From: Bacteriovoracaceae bacterium
GTDB taxonomy: Bacteria > Bdellovibrionota > Bacteriovoracia > Bacteriovoracales > Bacteriovoracaceae
NCBI GenBank assembly: GCA_965217035.1
Contig: OZ244226.1
Coordinates: forward strand, 1,842,146-1,906,145
Length of the DNA stretch: 64,000 nt
Reading direction: 5' to 3'
In this document: piece after piece, positions 58,901-64,000 of the stretch
Layout of the letters: each line of letters starts with the position of its first letter
How positions within the stretch are numbered: the first letter of the stretch is position 1
Notes under the pieces: generated by a model
Seen by the model: the letters and a program-made list of their open reading frames with translations, nothing else
Database searches by the model: none
Told to the model about the DNA's origin: nothing
Program-made: the position numbers and the translations under genes

Positions 58901-60165
58901 TTGATTATATTATTGAGTATAAAGAAACTTCTTCGGGAACTTGGAATATTCTTGCCGATGCTGTGTCTGCAGATCTTACGGCGACAGTCAGTGGATTAAC
59001 AGAGAATACTTCTTATGACTTTAGAGTAAAGGCATCAAATGGAGTTGAGTCATCTTATTCTCCAGTTTTTAGTGTAACAACAGCAATTAACGATCCTTTC
59101 TTTGAGTCAGGTTCTTATAAAGCGATGAACCTTGGTGGAGCAACGACTTCGAAGGTTGTTGCTTTTGAAGACACAACTGAAATTAAAATTAATGATATTG
59201 TCGTAACGACATTAAACGCTGGTCAAACTTATGGGTTTACAAGTGCACAATTCGATGTGATTGAAGGTGATAAACCAATTTTTGTTGCTGGTAGAATCGG
59301 CTCGGGAGGAGCTTCTAATAAGGGTAATGTTGTATGGAATACACCTGATTGGGCTGGGAAAAATTTCTTAGCAAACTTAAGTCGAACAGCCACTCATAGA
59401 GTTCAGGTTTATGCTTTTGAAGCTTCTGATGTTCGTGTTTATTTTGGAGGATCAGAAGTTGCTCAACAGAACGTATCGGCAAATGGATCTCATATTTTCT
59501 CTTTTAATACCAATGGTAATTACGAAATTGTAAGTGATGGTTGGATTGTTGCTTATCAATATTCAAATGGTAATGGATCTAATTACACTGATCCAATGCC
59601 TGTACTACCTAGTAGTAAGGATATTATTGGTTTTCCAAGTAATTCTGCTCAGGTTGCTTCAGCTGTTGATGGGGCTTATTACGATGAATATCACTCAAGT
59701 GGAGGGTCTGGATCAAGCACTTTATCTACCGGAACTTTCAATACGATTAATGGCCAGGGAAGTCCAACTTCTTATTATCAAGGAGATGCTCTGAGACTTA
59801 TCGCTGATCAGCCTATTGTCTCCAGAAGTTACGCCGATTCAAATGGTAGTTGTTCTGCTCCTTTTATTCCTGTAACGATGATGAAAAAGAGATATGCTAT
59901 TAACGTTAATTCAGATTATGTCGCTTTTGCTTCTACTGGGCCTGCTGTAATTGATGTGATTGATCCAACTGGGACTGTTGTTGAGACTATCACTTTAACT
60001 AGAACGGGAACTGGCGATTCTCCTTATCGTGGAAGAAGAGGAACAACAACTGAAGGGATGAGGTTTGAATCAACAAACGATGTCTCTTTTGGAGCTTGGT
60101 ATCAACCAAATAGCGACAGCTTTGGTGCTGATCAAGATGAGTCTATCATGTTTGGAGCAGACTAA
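49930..60165 (+). CDS. Giant modular surface lipoprotein/adhesin (two GLUG beta-helix modules, Ig-like, Cys-paired FN3-like repeats, LamG-like, FN3, C-terminal beta domain)
   Basis: 3411 aa; lipobox YTGC; dozens of VGGLVG-type GLUG motifs; LWLDG...W.DKSG LamG-like domain; canonical FN3 (W..P.DNG.PI.DY...YDFRVKA.N). Confidence 0.88.
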   Translation: MNKSSTLVVFISLLQILFYTGCVSDGTTVVNGTYTISITEPSADGASLGKNSIIGGDCGHPNYPIVLSGDVSLYSVCQGDNTWSAPISGVGFSEGQTVTINVQLNSPDYMTTSPVVTRTFTKSNVTCDNPANLTKLFGNIDDGADGSATPYIICTSQQFENIGIYPSANFELGTNINFAYASFNPIAVPFTGQLDGKDYRIENFQINDSAATSTGIFRAVSGATIRNIKIKNVNVIGTARVGILAGDWRGVGTIDNVDVQGTVQAVQMGAGLIGLANTNSALNISNSNLDVNVTSNDFAGGVISYVFANNTNFAMTNTNVYANVTGQNYVGGVIGRFWNSNASLTNVLHKGNIVSTGKYVGGIVGEAYHGVTLNQSRHVGSINVTRNSENDDMNVGGLVGVSRSTTNITDSHVVSNITMGGDYAGGLVGRYFGGTISNSYSRGTLTVDDTYYNAVTKFVGGLAGNVNTNSAIVGSYSLMNINSKAEYVGGLVGYLGGAASSIDNSYSTGTIAANKNFVGGLVGQFTGASLSNSFSRSDITITNPTPQAYIGGLVGYVNNPSTFSALYNSGNVVISNGTADNVGGGFGYAQATSINDVFNSGDVSGARNNVGGIAGYLRAPLTSAFSSGSISSKLRYVGGIAGIANQVNITDAFFTGSVAGDGEVAGIVGWYIPSATSVSNVYVTGSIYKNAGSTVADSSFGPIGGNITSGDISNGYYIDSLLMYDNGTTAPISSPNTFGSTLTASQLDNSVNYSGFNFPSDWVIPSGGFQLPFNASLYSRAVLHWMDQADYGFIQPASYGDDPINEADPEIIPETGSYESLASEFGQDLVDEITSSSAVSNVTVGNLEISIENPAIDNETIIGRMLVYGECGQSGNTVQISGSFDLWTICQSNNRWAAVIDADSLANGSLTLSVDMKNSSLGAGSPVVSRTLNKPSTVCSDSQSLTGVYGNSHLSPDGSSTPYIICHSGHFENIALNPSANFDLGADVDFANNTIDPITAEFTGRLDGKGFRLKNFNISKSSTVGVGLFKEMGSGAIVQNLKLSGFTVSGYDQVGSLAGKWKGTGSITNVQVDGSVTGIANTGGLVGLGNTSSALTITNLISTVNVTGNNFTGGVVGLINTADGSFSANNITLHNTITSTGASGYVGGFIGQVLQPNIAVNAITQDMNITATGEHIGGLIGDMVSGTISNCTINSDITITVDGNNGFIGGAVGRATASSAIDTCQFNGNIHAGSDNVGGIVGYLNQGTLRNITTSGTIVVNDEKYNVPRQYVGGIIGRSEDDFPVNFTDSSSSMSINANAKFTGGVAGRIPEDTSVMRNVFATGEVIGSTQFVGGLAGFLMAATIEDSYATGNVQVNNTTPNAYTGGLLGYSNSKTAVIKRVHATGNVTINSGTADYVGGLIGYFRGGALEDSYATGNITGVRNSSGGFIGLSRGTIIRSYSTGDITASGRHIGGFVGYQLNAGINDSFTIGNVEADDESGAFIGYVNGGTDTIIDSYAYGVISKASGSSAPDINFGPFVGALFQADAIDESTSYYMTENYGAGNNTLGSAINLADATTVGSYLGFSFGGSFWAFPSAGYQLPGESTDYTYPVLNWMIGGGGGSTYTVSGTLAGLEFDSLTITLNGSENITLNPGQTSFTFGTPLLETDPYSVTITSHPSAPAIICTVTNGSGTMSTANVNNVSINCPVFTGIAIAAGNTTIQYGLFDFVSVIGTLDSSDTVDLTNYVSWGMSPTGIFSINSSGKLTAVAVGSSTLTASYLSFNDNQLYNSLSAPTAATGMAWVESSPVASATINASWTVSVDALDSQGIDVYQNANCIGSPVASVALTSSANSYSYSGAISPFTYSFKIRSMSSGLSSTSACSNNLTIDLTPPNPIFNLSIANGWTTTPSPANSPLVFWANPSGDLDHVEIALGSSVGASDVVAYADIGTVTSHTFTNLLGISECTIYYPSVKTVDVLGNESNIVSSVSFQWDQTAPVLSGTPTVGSDALQNKSATSTWSVASENCALSHYEFAVGTSAGASDTIAWMNIGNVVSYQAQDGIDGVSLNLAQNTNYFTSIRAVDTSGQTGNIISSTAWQYFVPDNELPAMILWLDGQDLATIKDEANRDATDGSFSGNVDVWEDKSGSTDIHNFSVSASRPTFNASKNYINFNGTNQAMTTPNHVDINTGTLTEKNISFSLKTSTDISTRQVVYEEGGTVRGMNIYIDGGNLYCGFWNLPGGEDGGQPFVSLSTPISTNSIYHVTWVFDYSNYAGSAGPDGALECFVNGSSIGSAPSSARLYPHGGAIGIGRMDNDTYFHDGTSSGDGHYYQGDVMEVFITNDIPTAQVISDLYDYLDSKWGSVVSVPGPPVAASSLNFLESSPQSSLSFNANWVASTSLDVVEQRIELYDNASCSGIAVESHLTGNSSTTVQSFAVGSAGLYYYKVASVDNDGNETESICSVAMNVDQSINNAPSAVAWAEGFYSNSLTMNANWTPSGDSDIASQRLNVYLTNDCSGSPLSTSNIGNNSTNAQTVSGSAGQTYYFTVTAIDQAGNELDSNCSLGLEIDLVAPNAPSSIAWVESSPHTSTTMTSSWALSASGDVASQRVDVYSAINCSGAVIQSLSVNNSDTSRTVVGSVGSTYYFKAIAIDNAGNEGTSACSDGLFISSSAFEAPHTLSWVESSPVNNLNVNTRWTQSSASGLTGQRIDYYTNSSCSGGAVATQSLSTGVSSDAFSGLDGTNYYFTVTAIKSGQESTSICSDGLLLDVSDPSPIKAVSLSSNWIASASPFSSPTFSWTNPGSDIGHIEAGLGTTAGSDNVISFTNIGVVNSHSFSSLSLSECTPFYPVVKVVDEAGNESVVAFDATGFQYDYTVPADISGIDVSAGDGSDSASVTTAWAAGSDNCSLNRYEMAVSTSTSDSNIVPNGSWTNIGLTVSGQLSGLSLAPATNYYSLIRAVDAAGNVGNYIASAAWTITLAPDAIAELEATSILYDAISIGWLTPNDNGTPIVDYIIEYKETSSGTWNILADAVSADLTATVSGLTENTSYDFRVKASNGVESSYSPVFSVTTAINDPFFESGSYKAMNLGGATTSKVVAFEDTTEIKINDIVVTTLNAGQTYGFTSAQFDVIEGDKPIFVAGRIGSGGASNKGNVVWNTPDWAGKNFLANLSRTATHRVQVYAFEASDVRVYFGGSEVAQQNVSANGSHIFSFNTNGNYEIVSDGWIVAYQYSNGNGSNYTDPMPVLPSSKDIIGFPSNSAQVASAVDGAYYDEYHSSGGSGSSTLSTGTFNTINGQGSPTSYYQGDALRLIADQPIVSRSYADSNGSCSAPFIPVTMMKKRYAINVNSDYVAFASTGPAVIDVIDPTGTVVETITLTRTGTGDSPYRGRRGTTTEGMRFESTNDVSFGAWYQPNSDSFGADQDESIMFGAD

Positions 60166-60178
60166 ATTACTCAGTTTT

Positions 60179-60205
60179 TAAATAAAATCAGATAATTACC
60201 GATAT
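60179..60205 (+). promoter_or_regulatory. Putative sigma-28 (FliA) promoter
   Basis: TAAA-N15-ACCGATAT, ending 7 nt before ATG 60213. Confidence 0.55.
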
Positions 60206-60212
60206 AATTTTT

Positions 60213-61451
60213 ATGAAACTTTTTGTGTTGTGCTTTTCTGTTATTTTGAGTGTTTCAACTAATGCTGCTTTGACTGACTCTGATTTTATACAAATAAATT
60301 ATCAAGATGAGATCGATTCGCGTATTTCTCATGAAATGACTGTTGCTGAAGCACGAGACGAAAATCATTTAAATGAACTTCTTTCTTATTTTTCAAAAAA
60401 ACTATCAAAAGAAGAACATGTAAAATATCTAGACGCCTTTTATAATGAAAATGATTTAAAAAAGTATAACCTTCCGAAGAATCAAGCAAAAAACTCCTTA
60501 GAGAAGTTGTGGAGGAATTACTTTCCTGAAGTAAATTCTGAAAAATTTGAACTTGGTGAAAAATCTTTAAAAGATTTATATGCAAGAGAACCATCGAGTT
60601 TTAACCCTTTCGCCAAAATTGAAAAAGGTCGCCTAAAAAGTTTTCCTCAAAAAACTTTTAGAGTCGTGTTAACTTTTGTCCGCACAACCGTTGCAGGCGG
60701 AGCTTCAGGCTTTGTCTTCTTTAAGACAGGATTACCTTTAATTCCCTCTATTATCATGGGAACAGTTATTGGTGGAATTAGTGGATCTATTCAATGGTGG
60801 ATTGAGCCTTTCGTTGAATACCTTGAAACAAATAAAACGACAGGGAAGGTCAAGAACTGGTTAGTTTCAAAGTTACCTTTTCTGGAAAAATTAGGAATAA
60901 AAAAAGTTGAGAAACTTGGAAAGAAGTCTAATCGTTTTAGTTTTTATACGAAATGGTTATTTACAGAAGTCGCTTTTGTCTCAATCATTGAAGGAATTTT
61001 GGCAACGATGGGAAGCGCCGGAATGATAGAATATAATAAGTTATTCTGGGGAGTTTCTCATGAAATTATGACCTCAAGTTTTATGACATTAGGGACTCAA
61101 GGAATTTGGGAAGAAAGTGTTGTTAAAGAATATGGCCCTAAAATTGAGCGGATTGAAAAAATGATAGCTCATGCTAAAAAGTATAATCAACTAAACCGAT
61201 TAGCCCACCTCGAAAGACTTCATCAAAAGATGATTGTGAAGAAATCTGCAATGTTTGTTTATGGCTCTGCTACTCAGATTTCAGCTCTTATTTTGAAAAC
61301 AATGGGTTTTAAAATTCATTATTTTGTTTTTGGCGGACTAGGAGTTTCAGGAGTTATTAACCTTGTTCGAATATCCATGAAGGAGAAACAAAGTTGGCTT
61401 CGCAAGCAATTCAGGAAAATTCCTTGGGCATGTCGAATATTTTCTCGATAA
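60213..61451 (+). CDS. Hypothetical exported/membrane protein
   Basis: Signal peptide, Gly-rich hydrophobic helices, 412 aa. Confidence 0.8.
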   Translation: MKLFVLCFSVILSVSTNAALTDSDFIQINYQDEIDSRISHEMTVAEARDENHLNELLSYFSKKLSKEEHVKYLDAFYNENDLKKYNLPKNQAKNSLEKLWRNYFPEVNSEKFELGEKSLKDLYAREPSSFNPFAKIEKGRLKSFPQKTFRVVLTFVRTTVAGGASGFVFFKTGLPLIPSIIMGTVIGGISGSIQWWIEPFVEYLETNKTTGKVKNWLVSKLPFLEKLGIKKVEKLGKKSNRFSFYTKWLFTEVAFVSIIEGILATMGSAGMIEYNKLFWGVSHEIMTSSFMTLGTQGIWEESVVKEYGPKIERIEKMIAHAKKYNQLNRLAHLERLHQKMIVKKSAMFVYGSATQISALILKTMGFKIHYFVFGGLGVSGVINLVRISMKEKQSWLRKQFRKIPWACRIFSR

Positions 61452-61455
61452 AGCG

Positions 61456-62304
61456 TTAATCTTTCAAGAGCTTCAAGCAATTAGGATCAAGTTTATTGCT
61501 TGAATTAAATTTTTTTGTTTTCCAATTTAAAATATGACTATTGCTCCAATTTAAGCATTTTATAGCTTTTGATTGATCAATGTCTTCAGGATGGAGATTT
61601 TCAGGAACGTCTACTATCTTGTAAATACATGTTATAAATTTCATCGAAGCGTTTTCTGCTGAAGCGAGAATTTTCCCAGCGTTATTTCCTTCTGATATTT
61701 TCAATTCATTATAAGAGCTTCCACTTGGCATATCTGAGAAATGCATAATAGGTCTTTTGATCTCAGGTTTTTCATAAAAGTAGTTATAGTATTTACTATC
61801 GTCATAAATGACAGAATACTTTTCATTCTTTTTTATCTGATAAAAAGCATGACGTTCTCTCCATTTAGAATAAGAAGCATAAACAGGGTCTGTATCAACA
61901 GAATCGATAACAAGTTTTTCATGCCGTAGATTGAATTGTTGTTTTCCAAAAAACTCACGAAAAGTTGATTTGAAATTTAAGAAAAAAGCTTCATTGTTGA
62001 ATCGACTTTTTCTATAACGACACCCCTTGATATACTGAACAACAGCATAATCTGTCATTGTTTCGATATCAGAGGTTTTGTAAAAGCCTTCCATGTGAGA
62101 GTTTATAGTCATATAAGGTCTTTTTTGAAAATTTGTTCCTTTACTTTCACTTATCGAAACTTTTAGACCAAAAGACTTAAGAGAACATGAATTTGTATCG
62201 GTACAATTTGTATTGTGATAAATTAAGTTTTTTACGACTCTTGGCTTTTTAGCAATTGCCAAAGAGCTAGAGCTTATTAAAAAAAATATGGATAAATATT
62301 TCAT
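61456..62304 (-). CDS. Hypothetical secreted protein
   Basis: GAGG SD before ATG 62304; signal peptide ending AIA; several Cys. Confidence 0.78.
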   Translation of the reverse strand: MKYLSIFFLISSSSLAIAKKPRVVKNLIYHNTNCTDTNSCSLKSFGLKVSISESKGTNFQKRPYMTINSHMEGFYKTSDIETMTDYAVVQYIKGCRYRKSRFNNEAFFLNFKSTFREFFGKQQFNLRHEKLVIDSVDTDPVYASYSKWRERHAFYQIKKNEKYSVIYDDSKYYNYFYEKPEIKRPIMHFSDMPSGSSYNELKISEGNNAGKILASAENASMKFITCIYKIVDVPENLHPEDIDQSKAIKCLNWSNSHILNWKTKKFNSSNKLDPNCLKLLKD

Positions 62305-62479
62305 CAAAACCTCATGAAGATTATTTGAGAAGTTTGATGACCACATTTTGAAATCTAAGTTCAGTCAACTTCCTTATTAACCACTTGTTGTTTTATATCT
62401 TACGAAAAGACGTTTCGGTTTTAGAACCTAAATTGTCTTTCATTTGAGAGAACTCTTACCTTGAAGAGCTTGAGTGTAA

Positions 62480-62997
62480 TTGTCAAGGGGGGTATTTTGG
62501 TGGGACCCTAAACACTTAGTGTCCAAAATAAACGCGTTTCCTGAAACTATAATGATTTCAACTATTAAGGCTTTTCTATACGAACTAAGTAGGGATGTCC
62601 TCCACCATTTATACGTCGAAAAGAGGCTTTCTTTGAGGCAAATTGCGGATCAGTTTACGTCCTCCAAAAATACTGTTCGGAATGCTTTGATTTGTCACAA
62701 TATTCCAAGGAGGGATAAAAAACTCAGCCGTCTAGGGTTGGAAACCCAAGATATGGAACAAGAAACGTAAAGGATGAGAATATTCCTTTTAAAAAAGAGC
62801 AACGAGTTATCGAGAATATTATTAAGATGAAAGAAAAAGGTCTTTCAAATAGAGCGATCGCTGAAAGGCTCACCCAAATGAAAATACTAACGAAAAAGGG
62901 AAGGAATGAATGGCATCATCAAACTGCAAGGCAGATTATACTAAGATTCAAAGATGACTTGAAACAATGCTTTTCTTATTTCTCTACAGATATTTAG
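62480..62997 (+). pseudogene. Frameshifted HTH + Recombinase (large serine recombinase DNA-binding)-domain gene
   Basis: Frame A has the HTH LSLRQIADQF.SSKNTVRNAL. The -1 frame after A6 (62717-62722) reads TQPSRVGNPRYG...KEQRVIENIIKMKEKGLSNRAIAERLTQMKILTKKGRNEWHHQTARQII, stop 62997. Start position uncertain. Confidence 0.7.
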
Positions 62998-63126
62998 TCA
63001 AGTTTGAAGGTTCAATCTTTTTGAGTAAAATATTTTAGTCTAAAAATAAAAGGCTAACACTTTAAGCTTTGACCTTTTCGTGTATATTACAAATCTTATT
63101 TTAGAAGTTGATCATTTAGCGAGAAA

Positions 63127-63464
63127 CTATCTAAGCAAATTAACAATTTTATGACCACTAACATGCTCTAACCTATAAACTCCATATAGGAGTTTATTTT
63201 CTTTCACTGTAATTTGAATTGAGCCAACATAATCTCCATCAGGATAAGATGCACTAATTTCGGCATCGATCATTTTAATACTATTTCCATTAGATAGTGC
63301 TCTTTCTCCTACCATTACGGGTCAGTGATTTTCACTGATTTTACTAATAATCCTACTTCATGAATTGAGTCCATAAGAGTTGACTCTAAATCTCTTGGAA
63401 CTTCTGTTGCCTGAAGAGAAAACGAAATCGTTACAAAACCAACAATTAATAAAATTTTTTTTAT
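63127..63464 (-). pseudogene. Decayed secreted-protein gene (ATA in place of the start codon plus one frameshift)
   Basis: GGAGG-ATTT-ATA then KKILLIVGFVTISFSLQA-TEVP...KITDP*; continues in another frame as VMVGERAL... (track ORF 63127..63315). Confidence 0.6.
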
Positions 63465-63546
63465 AAATCCTCCAGAACCTTCGCTTATAAGCAATGTTAT
63501 TGCTACGGCTTTCGCCTTTTATTGGCCAGTATTTTCTATCTTTATT

Positions 63547-63993
63547 CTAATTAATACTATGACGACATTTCTCTGTTGCTATTTCGATAAATCTTTCGTT
63601 GCCATCATTCTTAGAAAATTCTTTATATAAAACGTCTATGATTTTTTTATCTTTTTTGCTGTATTCAAATTGATAAACTCTTATTCTTTCAACTTTTGAG
63701 TTAGAATTCTCTTTTATAGAGTAAAGACCACCTTGAATATGCTTTTCCACTTGCTTCTTATGAAAGACAGCATAAACAAACAGAGGGTTCATCGCTTCTA
63801 TTTTATAAACTTTTATTTGAGGAATACCTCGAATCCCATCTATTTTGTCTAAAGCTTGAGATGGGGCGAAAGTAAAGTTCATTCCCTTTGTCCAGCCTCC
63901 CGATGCATCATAGCAACTATGCAGCTTATTTGTTCCAATTTTTTCGATAATCAATTTTGAAATTTTTTTAATTTGATCATCGCTCTTAATCAT
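63547..63993 (-). CDS. Hypothetical protein (may be 5'-truncated by the window edge)
   Basis: 148-aa ORF; the frame stays open to position 64000. Confidence 0.65.
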   Translation of the reverse strand: MIKSDDQIKKISKLIIEKIGTNKLHSCYDASGGWTKGMNFTFAPSQALDKIDGIRGIPQIKVYKIEAMNPLFVYAVFHKKQVEKHIQGGLYSIKENSNSKVERIRVYQFEYSKKDKKIIDVLYKEFSKNDGNERFIEIATEKCRHSIN

Positions 63994-64000
63994 ATATTTA

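Noticed and set aside
49930..60165. RTX/T1SS substrate, autotransporter, CRISPR-like or DGR-type repeats in the giant gene
   Set aside because: No GGxGxD nonapeptide runs and no C-terminal barrel. Repeats are diverged protein-level units rather than identical DNA repeats, and no cas or reverse transcriptase gene is in the window.
62498..62575. Intact tRNA on the minus strand
   Set aside because: Only the CCA/acceptor-like end is present; no T-arm, anticodon arm or D-arm can be folded.

Overview
AT-rich, densely coded bacterial chromosome segment. Gene content and the many secreted hypothetical proteins and envelope hydrolases suggest a predatory Bdellovibrionota (Bacteriovorax/Halobacteriovorax-like) organism; this taxonomy is an inference. 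Housekeeping genes: rph (partial), birA, smc, lolA-like, mutY, rnpB, valS, hisS, a TIGR03960/TIGR03936-type radical SAM fusion, a fused 2-oxoacid dehydrogenase E1 and fabI. Metabolism and transport: an aromatic amino acid catabolic operon (HisC-family aminotransferase, FAH-family hydrolase, hmgA, flavin-reductase-like protein), TolC+RND, BASS, a TonB-dependent receptor with TonB, and OPT. Secreted hydrolases: a YiiX/C92 lipoprotein, a MepA-like LAS peptidase, an SLT and a eukaryote-type M14 carboxypeptidase. A 3411-aa modular surface lipoprotein lies head-to-head with a TatT/BstC-like + COG4313-like barrel + lipoprotein operon, my best candidate for an undescribed system (hydrophobic-ligand uptake or surface-protein export). 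Signals missed by the ORF track: a gene with an apparent ATT start, a candidate 3'-UTR sRNA with two ANGGA hairpins, a 131-nt hairpin covering the lolA RBS, rph/birA start codons 10 bp apart with interlocked Shine-Dalgarno sequences, several probable leaderless genes, a compact RNase P RNA, and a decayed recombinase-domain element with a tRNA-end-like scar near the right edge. No CRISPR array, rRNA or intact tRNA was seen. All family assignments come from motif recognition by eye, not database searches.
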